From the NCBI GenBank assembly GCA_964016885.1, contig OZ024741.1, forward strand, positions 240,188,001 to 240,252,000: 64,000 nucleotides of DNA, in the 5' to 3' direction. The position numbers and the translations under genes are program-made. Every line of letters starts with the position of its first letter. Within the stretch, counting starts at the first letter, position 1. Shown here piece after piece: positions 1 through 10,610 of the stretch. The notes under the pieces are model-generated. The model searched no databases, was not told the DNA's origin, and worked only from the letters and a program-made list of their open reading frames with translations. This DNA is from Eledone cirrhosa. Lineage: Eukaryota.

Positions 1-1
1 T

Positions 2-1600
2 GACAAAAACCTCAAATTTATACACATCTTGTTTCTCTCTGTCTAATGACATGGTGGCTGAAATAAAGCCATAACTGGTGATCAGAAATGGTAGATTTGA
101 TTTTTCTTTATGAATCAGAGAATATGTGAGTTGTCCAGCAGATCGAAGGTCAGGGTCAGTGGCATTGACAAAACCAATAGGGAAGTCTTTATCTTTGTTT
201 TCATAGGTCAGGAATTGGAATGTATCTTTGGTAAACTGTGGTTGTACATCATTGATATCAGTCACTTGGATAGAGAGAGTTTTAACACTTTTAAGAGGTG
301 GTAATCCTTTATCTTGACAGGAGACAGGAATGTTATAGTGTCCTTGTGTTTCTCTGTCTACTGGTTTGTTTAGAACTATTTTATATTCTTTAGATCCCAT
401 TGAATGTAGTTTGAATGTATCATGTTTGATATCACAGCTGACCTCTCCATTTTGTCCAACATCATTGTCAGTGACCATCACATAAGCAATGAAACTACCA
501 ACTTTGATCTTCTCAGAAATGGTAGCTGTGTTGTCATTGATAGCAGAAACATAATCTATATCAATAGATGGAGGGTTGTTGTGTTGGTTGATAACATTTA
601 CTAAAACTGTTGCTATGGAATTGAGTGGAGGGTTACCTCCATCTCTGGCTTCTATAAATAATTCAAAAGATGTTTTCTCATTTAAACTAGAAATTCTCGA
701 CAAAAATATTTTGCCATCTTTTTTATTTAATTCAAAATATTTCTTTGCTTGATCAGATGTTTTGGGACTGAAATGGAAAGTAATTTTACTGTTAGGTCCT
801 AAATCTTTGTCTGTTACTGACAAATTAAGAATAGGTTTGGTTTTGTCATGAGTGGTTCTAATGGAAATATTATAAAGTGGTTTTGAAAATACAGGTGGAT
901 TATCATTCTCATCTTCCACAATAATCAGAACATTTAACACACACTGTTTAGATGGGGAGCCTCCATCTTTAGCAATAACTTCTAAATTGTATTTCTCTGC
1001 TATCTCTCTATCTAATTTATCTTTTAAAACAATCTTTAATGAGGAAATACCATCAGCTCTTTTAGAAACTGACAAAGAAAATGCATCATTGGATTTTTTA
1101 AGTTTATATTCAATAAAAGAATTTTGGTAACTAATGTCATTGTCTATGGCATTTGGAATTGACTTTTTCCTTCCTTTTCCATCTCCTTCCCTAAATTGTA
1201 AAGTGATTTGTTTTTCTGGAAACTCTGGTTCATGGTCGTTAATGTCTTCTATTACTATTTTGATTTTTATGATTTTTGTAAAAGTTTCCACTTTCTTCAT
1301 TATAATTTTCACAGTTCTGGAACATTCTTTGTTGAATGTACAGAGATTTTCTGCATCCAGTGTCTGAGCAGTGTACAGTTTACCTGTTTTAGTGATATTA
1401 AATAACTGTGCCACCTTTCGTTTAAATTGGCTGAATGTTATCAATTGTTGGTCAGATGGTTTAACATTGTCTAAAAGTTTAGAATCAGCAGCAATGTCTG
1501 CTACATATGTTCCTGGACTTCTCTCTTCTTCCACATGGTAGGTAAGGTCTATGGTCAGAACACAGTGGACCATTGATAATACAATAGACGACAGTAACAT
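2..1600 (-). CDS. PCDH: Protocadherin unit 1, large ectodomain exon, partial (runs off left edge in EC5)
   Basis: ATG at 1600-1598 (MLLSSIVLSMVHCVLTIDLTYHVEEERSPG...). Colinear with unit 2 at a constant 8067-nt offset at both ends. Cadherin motifs DINDHEPEF, DENDNPPVF and DINDVQPQF. Upstream acceptor tttctgttttag| at 1661-1662. Confidence 0.93.
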   Translation of the reverse strand, partial: MLLSSIVLSMVHCVLTIDLTYHVEEERSPGTYVADIAADSKLLDNVKPSDQQLITFSQFKRKVAQLFNITKTGKLYTAQTLDAENLCTFNKECSRTVKIIMKKVETFTKIIKIKIVIEDINDHEPEFPEKQITLQFREGDGKGRKKSIPNAIDNDISYQNSFIEYKLKKSNDAFSLSVSKRADGISSLKIVLKDKLDREIAEKYNLEVIAKDGGSPSKQCVLNVLIIVEDENDNPPVFSKPLYNISIRTTHDKTKPILNLSVTDKDLGPNSKITFHFSPKTSDQAKKYFELNKKDGKIFLSRISSLNEKTSFELFIEARDGGNPPLNSIATVLVNVINQHNNPPSIDIDYVSAINDNTATISEKIKVGSFIAYVMVTDNDVGQNGEVSCDIKHDTFKLHSMGSKEYKIVLNKPVDRETQGHYNIPVSCQDKGLPPLKSVKTLSIQVTDINDVQPQFTKDTFQFLTYENKDKDFPIGFVNATDPDLRSAGQLTYSLIHKEKSNLPFLITSYGFISATMSLDREKQDVYKFEVFV

Positions 1601-2100
1601 ATTGTTGTAGTAGTTGTGTTCGTACTGGTTAAAGATGTCCTGATTAGGTAAGGAGAGAATCTAAAACAGAAATATATTTTATCTGTTATCATCATCCGAC
1701 ATAAATCACACTTTAAAGCTATATTATCTTTATAAAGATACTATTACAGAAATAATTATCATAAAAGTAAACTGAAAAATATGAATTTTGCATAAAAAAA
1801 AGGCAGAAGAGACAATCTTTTGGTTTAAGTTGAAGCAAGGTTATGGAGAAACTTAAGAAAGAAAAGGGAAGATGTGTGTAGGCTGGTCTCAGAATATTTA
1901 ATATTAGGAGGAAAATAATATTAGGAAGAAAATAAGAAAACATGTGGCAAGTTGTGTTGGAGAATTACTGTTTCCAACCTAAAGAAGGAAGGGAGTACTA
2001 ATGGAAAATATAGAATTATGTTCCTAATGAAATATAACATACTAAACTGGAATATGAAAAAATATTTGTATACATTTAAAAAAATATATCCTTTAAATTC

Positions 2101-2388
2101 TTAAAGATCTGATTGAAGATCTAGAATCTGAAATTGTTCAAACAACATACTAGAGAGACTCCATTGCTGTTGTTGTTTAGCTCCATTGGTTCCAACAATG
2201 AGTGTTGCATTTGTTTGGACTTTGAAACAGTATCCCTAAAAAAGATTTCAGGAAGTTTCAGCATTCAGTGTGTGACAAAGCTGTCCCTTTCAAATACAGG
2301 TGCAACTAATTTTTGCCAGGATTTTAGATTGATACAATTGTTTCATCTCTGTTCTACCTTGGATGTTGTATTCTTTGTTGTAGTAGCC
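2101..2388 (-). pseudogene. Fossil protocadherin juxtamembrane/cytoplasmic fragment in intron 1 of unit 1 (copies at ~9930-10224 and 19187-19478)
   Basis: 2317-2388 aligns to the coding stretch ATTTKTTAYQGRTEMKQLLYQSNNP with 1-nt deletions, then continues into unrelated sequence ending ...LDLQSDL*. Confidence 0.7.
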
Positions 2389-2439
2389 ACTCATGAAATT
2401 AATAAGTAAGTGGTTGAGTATTCCACAGACACGTGTACC

Positions 2440-2925
2440 TTTTATGGGTAGTCTTACAGTTAACTACTCCTGTGCACCTGTCATCTGTGAAGTTTATCAT
2501 CGTTATCAGCTTATCTGTGATCTTACTACATTTCCTGTGCATCAATTGTATGAACTGGTAGCAGAATTTCATCTTGTTTCCTACTTATGAAAACTTTACT
2601 CTTTGCCAATGTTTACTTTGAAGCTCTTCAATTCTAGATTTTGTTTCTATATCTGGAGGTTCTTCACAAGTTCTTTTACAGTTTCATTTTCAGGGCTAGA
2701 TTGTCAATATACAGTAACCCACATAGACAACCAGTGATGAATTTCTCTGTAATGACTTGGGGGACAATAATAAACTGGAAGGAGTTGATAACTGAACCCT
2801 AGTTGATTCCCACCTTCACTCTAAATTTGTTACTATACTCATCACCATTTCTCACCTTGTTGGGTCCACTGTGATGGAGGGAATTAATTGGTTTCTCCCA
2901 TCATTGAGTGGATATAGATTGCCTC
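2440..2925 (-). mobile_element. Old degraded RTE-clade LINE RT fragment (copies at ~10660-11140 and ~19520-20065)
   Basis: Minus-strand translation resembles GVHQGSVLSPLLFII, EFKTGCPWELLYADDL and LRMNLAKTKV of the element at 61-63 kb, with stops and indels. Confidence 0.7.
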
Positions 2926-3004
2926 AGATAATTCAACATGTGTTGCAACAATGAAACTATAACATCCATATAAAACTTGAAATAAGATTATATAAATATG
3001 TATA

Positions 3005-3160
3005 TAGGAATGTATGTACGATGGCCCCATAACTCCAGGTGGAGTCGTAATGTGGCTGTATTGACATACAGCGTTTCTTGGACAATTTTTAAGCCTGGCA
3101 GAGTCCATCTCATCTCTAGATCTGAATACAGCAAATTTCTTCCGGAGAAGGTTAGAAAAT
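3005..3160. repeat. Dispersed repeat (ggtggagtcgta...gcagagtccatc...tttcttcc), duplicated in units 1-3; older copy at ~52490-52640
   Basis: Direct similarity among 3010-3160, 11230-11375, 20640-20795 and 52490-52640. Confidence 0.55.
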
Positions 3161-5089
3161 GAGGGGGGGGGGATAGAGGAAGAATCAGCCTCAAACTGAT
3201 AAACGACAAATTTGATCCTCAAGAGGGTTTGAACTCAGTGAGTAGAGAACCAGAATGAATACTGGAAGGCATTCTGTCCGGTGTTCTAATTCACAACCTA
3301 TATAGGTATATACGAGTTATGTTCGTTCCTTAGTTCAATATATTTGTGTATGGTAAAGAATGGCAGGAGTAGGGCTCAATTTAACAGTGTACCTATTGCA
3401 TATTTGTGTACCAAAAATACCTTTTTTGAAGTGTCTATCCTAAAATACAGTCCTAATGTTTGTCAAACTGACACAATGTTTTTGTTAGGATTCTTAACAA
3501 CAGATATACAAATAATTGACTGCAGTGGATTATTTTTAATCATGACATAATATGAATGTTGTCTTCCACTATGTTATGTATTATAGAGGAAATATATTAG
3601 AGTTGGTAGAATGATGAGTTTATATTTATATTACAATATGTAACTGGTAATTGTCCCAATTTAGATGACATTAAAAGAAAAGAGAAACTCTTTCCCTGGG
3701 CATTGATAATTCTATTCTCTTGGCTCATTTGTAGATATAGAAAACTTCACTGACTCATTATGTTTCATATGACAAGTACTACTATATCACTTTCTAACCA
3801 ATATTTACAACAATATATTCACAGCATTATATTACATGAGAATTTACTCTTCACTTGTGTTTATTACAGCTATATTACCATGTATCTTTTTCTTATTAAA
3901 TGACTCCAAAGACACGATCATCATAATCATTTAATGTCTGTTTTTCATGCTACTGGTCACAAACTGGGTCAGTATTAAGGCAGAGGTCAGCCTGAGGCTA
4001 TAGTACGTACCAGACAGTGGGTTCAGATTGAACCCCAAACCATGTGGTTGAAAAGCAAACTTTTTAACAACACATCCATGCCTGTGTGTTTGTATTACTA
4101 TTTCTGAGAAGTAAGACTATCAATATATGATAACTTTAAAATTGGAACTCCATACCTTGCTAGCAGGGAAAGTGGATGTTAAATAATGATGATGAACATC
4201 TTACAGGAAACAAAAACTAAAGGATAACAGTTTACATATAGATTCAGAGCAGACATTAAATTTCAATGATTAGAGTAGCAGTGTATATAATTTATACAAT
4301 AAACATATATAGATACAGAATATTGGAAGACATATATGATGATGAACAGCTTTCCATTTAAATAGTAAACACGACTTTAATCTCTGCAAATTGTTAACTT
4401 AAATCTTATCAAAACACACCAAAGAATTCTTAACCAAATAAAGCAGAATATAGTGTAAAATATAACAGAAAATTTAGACTGAATTTATACAAATAAATAT
4501 ATTCTGAAAGCAGCAAGAGAAGGAAGATATGTTTAAAAAGAAATTACATATTACAATAACTTTCAAATTTTCTTAAGAAGTAAATACACACACAAAGTAA
4601 ATTGTATTTTTTAAATATTTTGTGAACTCCAAAAAAAATCTAACTCTTCTCATTTTACCGTCTGTCATACCATACCACCATTACCATTCAGATACTGACT
4701 GCTACAAATCTTAACATGTCTGCCATTATCCTAAACCCAGATTTCTAACACACTGTTACCTCATCACTGCTAAAAAACTACATATTATGACTAAAATAGA
4801 GAATATTTATTCATACTTTTATACCAAACATCTTTAAATATCTTTCATATAACTATCTACTATATAAACATACTACATTTTACTTACTACAAAAACAAAC
4901 ATACACTGCAACACTACATTATATAGACTGTTCTGTATTGTTACTGTTCAATATAATGTTAACAAATATTATTTACACACAAATAATATTGTTTCTATGA
5001 AATATAGTCTCAATGTTAAACATTTTAAACATCATCATGTAATCAGTTGTAAAATAAAACAATCAGCATATTATTCAAAAATATATGTA

Positions 5090-5650
5090 AATTATTGTTC
5101 AATCTCTTTGTTCTGAAGTTAATATTAATTATGTTAAAACAATATCTTACAGATTTACTGAGATTTAGTATATAAAATGAGATTATAAATTGGGATTAAA
5201 TAGAAACTTACCTCTTTAATAATTATATCATTGGTTATTCAGTGAGAATAGAAAGATGTATTGGTGTAGAAAGCTCCATTGTAAGTGCTGCTGTAATGGT
5301 GTGTGACAATGGCTGTATGTTGATAGAGTAGTGTAGCACGTCAGGCAGATAGTCTGCTGCTAGGATAGAGTTGTGTGTGTTATTGAAGTTGTATGTTTGT
5401 GGCAGTACATCCCTCTAATAATATTGTGTATGTATTTATCTTGAAATATGATGTTTGTTTACTGTTATCAATAACTATTTACATATATATAGATATATAT
5501 TTAAATAGCTACAATATTCTATATAGTTAAACATAACATGTTTGGTTTAATAACATCAGTAATGTCAATGCTTCTCTTTGTTAATGAATTCTGACTATGT
5601 TTTAGTGAGAATCTGATTGGCTAAATGACCTAAACAGAAGACCAATGACA
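5090..5650 (-). promoter_or_regulatory. Conserved promoter + non-coding exon 1 of unit 1 (donor GAG|GTAAGT at 5212/5211; CCAAT boxes 5616-5620 and 5642-5646)
   Basis: Block recurs almost unchanged upstream of all five units that have a 5' end. Consensus donor, inverted CCAAT pair, TGACGTG at 5343-5337. TSS not determinable. Confidence 0.75.
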
Positions 5651-5827
5651 TTTTCTCTTAAGTATTGATTAGCTTTTGTGAGGTGGAAGGTCTCGTATTT
5701 ATTAGGAAAGAGATGGTTTGACAATCATGCCTATCCCCAAACTAATAATACAATTAATAAATTACAATATCTATTTAATAACATTAATTAATTACAATAT
5801 TTTTCCCAATATTATTTACTACTAAAT

Positions 5828-5962
5828 AAGTTCAAATTCTAAGCTCTGCCTTTCATCCTTACGGGGTTGATAAAATAAAGTAACAGAAATAAACTGCATT
5901 TGATTTAATGGACTTTATCCACTTCCAAAAGTGTTGGCCTTCTGCATGAATCAGAAACCAAT
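5828..5962 (+). mobile_element. Degraded tRNA-derived SINE (gcctttcatccttacggggttgataaaataaag family); copies at ~14825-14957 and ~23460-23598
   Basis: Matches the body of the fuller SINE at 54277-54463. Confidence 0.65.
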
Positions 5963-6564
5963 GATATAAAGAAATTATTTTCTTGTTAAAACATAAAAAA
6001 TCTACTTTTGGCATTTTTACACTTCACCTTAAGTATAAAATCTTCACCTTAAATATAAAATCTTTAAAGGACATGGTAACCCATTTAAAATACTCCTATT
6101 TATTACACTCCATAACCTATAGACAATTAACTTTATGAATTATTATTGAACCACTGTAAATATTAGTAATTTTAAAACATGAGCCTCCAAAACAGTAGAT
6201 AACTGCAACAATGGTTAATAACTATGAATAATAGCTGAGAAAACTGAGTATATTACCCCTAATGATATTCACATTTTCCCATTTCTAAGGGTAATTTAAT
6301 CAATTTTCTCAAATATTATTTATTGGTTGACTGTTATTACAATTATTTTCTACATTCGTGATGCTGACATTTTCAGAGTCTCACATAGTAAATTATTTCA
6401 ACTACTAATTTAAAGAGATCTATAGTTTCCTTTATTAAGCCTTCTAGTTTTAAATAATGTATGTTGTTACAAAGTGTAGTTAATATAGAAGGTGTCTGTG
6501 TCTGTGATCATGTAATACTGAACAGTATATAACTTCTATTTGCTATGGCAATTCAATGAAGTAA

Positions 6565-6641
6565 TTATACATGTTTCACTGGTGTTTCTTCACTGGAATC
6601 CTTTGATGTAGATGTATCGTTGTTTTTATATATATTTTGAT
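6565..6641 (-). CDS. Unit 2 exon 4 (terminal coding exon, D-QNIYKNNDTSTSKDSSEETPVKHV*)
   Basis: Acceptor ttccag| at 6642-6643. Phase 1 matches exon 3. Open to TAA at 6567-6565. AATAAA at 6436-6431. Synonymous changes in paralogs. Confidence 0.8.
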
Positions 6642-6968
6642 CTGGAATTTAGATAGAAAATAATATCTTACACAATTATAAAGGGGACCATTCTATTATT
6701 AAATTAGGCAAGCATTCGTAATGACCATATATATATAAACATGACAAATTCCTTAATAATCAGATGGGCCAATGAAAGATTCATTCTTAACCGCAGAGAG
6801 TTTTATAAATTTGCTAAATATCAATATAAGGAAAAATGTACATTTTAGATGTTATCAAAATATAATTTTTTCTACTTTTGCCACAAGGTCAGCAATTACC
6901 ACAGTGAATTACTGATACTTTATTTTATCGACCCCTGAAAGTATAAAATAGCGAAAGTAGTTATTAAC

Positions 6969-7134
6969 CTGATATTCCTGGTAATTCTTCATAATGTTTC
7001 ATATCACCTTCATTCAATACACGTCTACTACTTCTCTTAGATGACATTGTATCTGATGTATAGTTACAAACTATAGGAGGATTATCTTCCACAGCATCAT
7101 CACTTGATGTCACCACAACAGGTTGACAATATTT
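6969..7134 (-). CDS. Unit 2 exon 3 (cytoplasmic, KYCQPVVV...HYEELPGIS)
   Basis: Acceptor caacag| at 7135-7136 (phase 0), donor CAG|GTTAAT. 166 nt. Same exon in units 2-6. Confidence 0.85.
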
Positions 7135-7297
7135 CTGTTGACAAACAAACCAGGAGAAATGTGAGGAGACATCAAACAATGCTAGTTACAATAAACATGT
7201 AGTTTACAATTTAATATTGTACTATATTATTGAAGATAAAACATTGTTTATCTTTTACATATAAAGTAGAGATAGAAAATATAATCTTTTCACTTAC

Positions 7298-9667
7298 TGG
7301 GGTAGGTTTTGGTAAAGTTCTTGACTGAACTGAAGCTTCATATTTATTCTGTAGCTGACCTTCTGAATAACATTCACTCTTTGATCTCTCAGAATATATA
7401 TTTCTTTTTATCATCTCTTCTGTATTCCTTGACATAGCAACAGGATTGTTAGACTGATACAACAATTGTTTCATCTCTGTTCTACCTTGGTATGCTGTAG
7501 TCTTTGTTGTAGTAGCTGTGTTATCTCTGTGTTTAATACATTTCATTATACACAGTGTTATAGAAACAACAATAGCCACTGATACTATTACTGCTGATGA
7601 CACAATGATAATAACCCATGTCATATGGACTCTACCTGAAGATTGTAAAGGTACACTTTTCAACATTGGTGATGTCTCATTACTAACAGCCAATACCAAA
7701 GTCACACTAGTTGTTGATGACTGAACTGGACTACCACTGTCTTTTACAACAAACTTTAGTTCATAACTTCCAGCATCATTTAGATAAACTTGTCTGGAGA
7801 ATGATAAAGCACCACTGTGTGAGTTCATAGTAAACAACTGTTTATTATTTCCTTGTATGATTCCATATGTGAGGAAAGCATTGTTTCCACTGTCACCATC
7901 AGATGATCTCAAAACTGTGATGTCACTCTTACTCTGGGGATGGTAGTGGACATTTAGGGTGTAAGGGTTAACACTAGGAAAGGTGAAATATGGAACATTG
8001 TCATTTTGATCTAAAATCTCAACAACAACATTGGCTGTGTCATTCAGAGATGGACTTCCATTATCTTTGACAAAAACCTCAAATTTATACACATCTTGTT
8101 TCTCTCTGTCTAATGACATGGTGGCTGAAATAAAGCCATAACTTGTGATCAGAAATGGTAGATTTGATTTTTCTTTATGTATCAGAGAATATGTGAGTTG
8201 TCCAGCAGATCCAAGGTCAGGGTCAGTGGCATTGACAAAACCAATAGGGAAGTCTTTATCTTTGTTTTCATAGGTCAGGAATTGGAAAGTATCTTTGGTA
8301 AATTGTGGTTGTACATCATTGATATCAGTCACTTGGATAGAGAGAGTTTTAACACTTTTAAGAGGTGGTAATCCTTTATCTTGACATGAGACAGGAATGT
8401 TATAGTGTCCTTGTGTTTCTCTGTCTACTGGTTTGTTTAGAATTATTTTATATTCTTTAGATCCCATTGACTGTAGTTTGAATGTATCATGTTTGATATC
8501 ACAGCTGACCTCTCCATTTTGTCCAACATCATTGTCAGTGACCATCACATAAGCAATGAAACTACCAACTTTGATTTTTTCAGACATGGTTCCTGAGTTA
8601 TAATTAAGAGCAGAAACATAATCTATATCAATAGATGGAGGGTTGTTGTGTTGATTGATAACATTTATCAGAACTGTTGCTATGGAACTGAATGGAGGGT
8701 TACCGCCGTCTCTGGCTTCTATAAATAATTCAAAGGAATTTTTTTCATTTAAGCTAGAAATTCTGGACAAAAATATTTTACCATCTTTTTTATTTAATTC
8801 AAAATATTTCTGTGCTAAAGCTGATGTTTTGGGACTGAAATGGAAAGTAATTTTACTGTTCGGTCCTAAATCTTTGTCTGTTACTGACAAATTAAGAATA
8901 GGTTTGGTTATATCATGAGTGGTTCTAATGGAAATATTATAAAGTGGTTTTGAAAATACAGGTGGATTATCATTCTCATCTTCCACAATAATCAGAACAT
9001 TTAACACACACTGTTTAGATGGGGAGCCTCCATCTTTAGCAATAACTTCTAAATTGTGTTTCTCTTTTATCTCTCTGTCTAATTTTTCTTTTAATAAAAT
9101 ATTTAATGAGGAAATACCATCAGCTCTTTTAGAAACTGACAAAGAAAATGCATCATTGGATTTTTTAAGTTTATATTCAATAAAAGAATTTTGGTAACTA
9201 ATGTCATTATCTATGGCATTTGGAATTGACTTTTTCATTCCTTTTCCATCTCCTTCCCTAAATTGCAAAGTGATTTGTTTTTTTGGAAACTCTGGTTCAT
9301 GGTCGTTAATGTCTTCTATTACTATTTTGACTTTTATAATTTTTGTAAAAGTTTCCACTTTCTTCATTATAATTTTCACTGTTCTAGAACATTCTTTGTT
9401 GAATGTACAGAGCTTCTCTGCATCCAGTGTCTGAGCAGTGTACAATTTACCTGTTTTGGTGATATTAAATAACTGTGCCACCTTTCGTTTAAATTGACTG
9501 AATATTATCAATTGTTGGTCAGATGGTTTAACATTGTCTAAAAGTTTAGAATCAGCAGCAATGTCTGCTACATATGTTCCTGGACTTCTCTCTTCTTCCA
9601 CATGGTAGGTAAGGTCTATGGTCAGAACACAGTGGACCATTGATAATACAATAGACGATAGTAACAT
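7298..9667 (-). CDS. PCDH: Protocadherin unit 2, large exon (signal peptide, 6 EC repeats, TM); spliced protein ~870 aa
   Basis: 818-aa ORF in track; true exon ends at CCA|GTAAGT (7298/7297), 790 codons. EC1 Cys-X5-Cys. TM WVIIIVSSAVIVSVAIVVSITLC. Acceptor at 9728-9729. Confidence 0.95.
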
Positions 9668-10225
9668 ATTGTTGTAGCAGTTGTGTTGGTACTGGATAAA
9701 AATGTCCTGATTAGGTAAGGAGTGAATCTAAAACAGAAATATATTTTATCAGTTATCATCATCTGACGTCAACATAAATCACACAAAGCTATATTATCTA
9801 TAAAAAGATACTATTACATAAACATATAGAAGTGGTTAAAGGATTATGTTCCTAATAAAATATAACATACTAAACTTGGATCGAAAAAAATCATTGTATA
9901 TATTTAAAAAAAATATATCCTTTAAAATCTTAAAGATCTGATTGAAGATCTAGAATCTGAAATTGCTCAAACAACATACTAGAGAGACTAATAACTCCAT
10001 TGCTGTTGTTGTTTAGCTCCATTGGTTCCAACAATGAGTGTTGCATTTGTTTGGACTTTGAAACAGTATCCCTAAAAAAGATTTCAGGAAGATTCAGCAT
10101 TCACAGTGTGACAAAGCTGTCCCTTTCAAATAAAGGTGCAACTAATTTTTGCCGGGATTTTTGATTGATACAAGTGTTTCATCTCTGTTCTACCTAGAAT
10201 GTTGTATTCTTTATTGCAGTAGCCA

Positions 10226-10610
10226 TCATCATCATCATCATTTCATTTTATGTCCGTTTTTTCCTGCTTGCAAGGGTGGGACGGGAACTGATTCTGGCTT
10301 GATTTCTACAGCTGGATGCCCTTCCTAACACCAACCTCATTTACAGTGAGTGCTGGGTGCTTTTTTCCCGTTGCGCCTACACGTCCACTTTACAGTGTGG
10401 GCTGGGTGCTTTTTTGCCATGGCACCTCCACGACCACTTTGCAATGGAATGATAGGGACCCCAGTCTTATCATTTCATTTCTACAGCTGAGTAAACTGGA
10501 GTAATCTGAAATAAAGTGTCTTGCTCAAAGAAACAACACATCACCCGGTCTGAGAATTGAACTCACAACCTTTCGATTGCAAAGCCAATGCTCTAACCAC
10601 TAAGCCATAT
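10226..10610 (-). mobile_element. tRNA-headed SINE with RTE-LINE-derived 3' tail, unit-2-specific insertion
   Basis: A box TGGCTTAGTGG and B box GTTCAATTC on minus strand. Tail matches the RTE 3' end at ~61165-61207. (GAT)n tail, short gcca duplication. Empty site in units 1 and 3. Confidence 0.8.

Noticed and set aside
3161-3172. Poly-G runs (also ~11376-11389, ~20793-20806) as G-quadruplex elements
   Set aside because: Single homopolymer of variable length inside duplicated repeat sequence; no further evidence of function.
6964-7179. Independent 71-aa small protein repeated four times (MFDVSSHFSW...)
   Set aside because: The first 15 codons are the polypyrimidine tract/acceptor, the start is a TTG, and the frame is not called in unit 5; the rest is exon 3.
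7211-7297. ORF-track C-termini (VSEKIIFSI...) as the real protein ends
   Set aside because: They begin at a consensus GTAAGT donor, vary by indels between units and are bypassed by an in-phase downstream exon; kept only as possible retention isoforms.
10540-10610. tRNA gene
   Set aside because: tRNA-like A/B boxes are the head of a SINE; no complete cloverleaf and it continues into SINE body.
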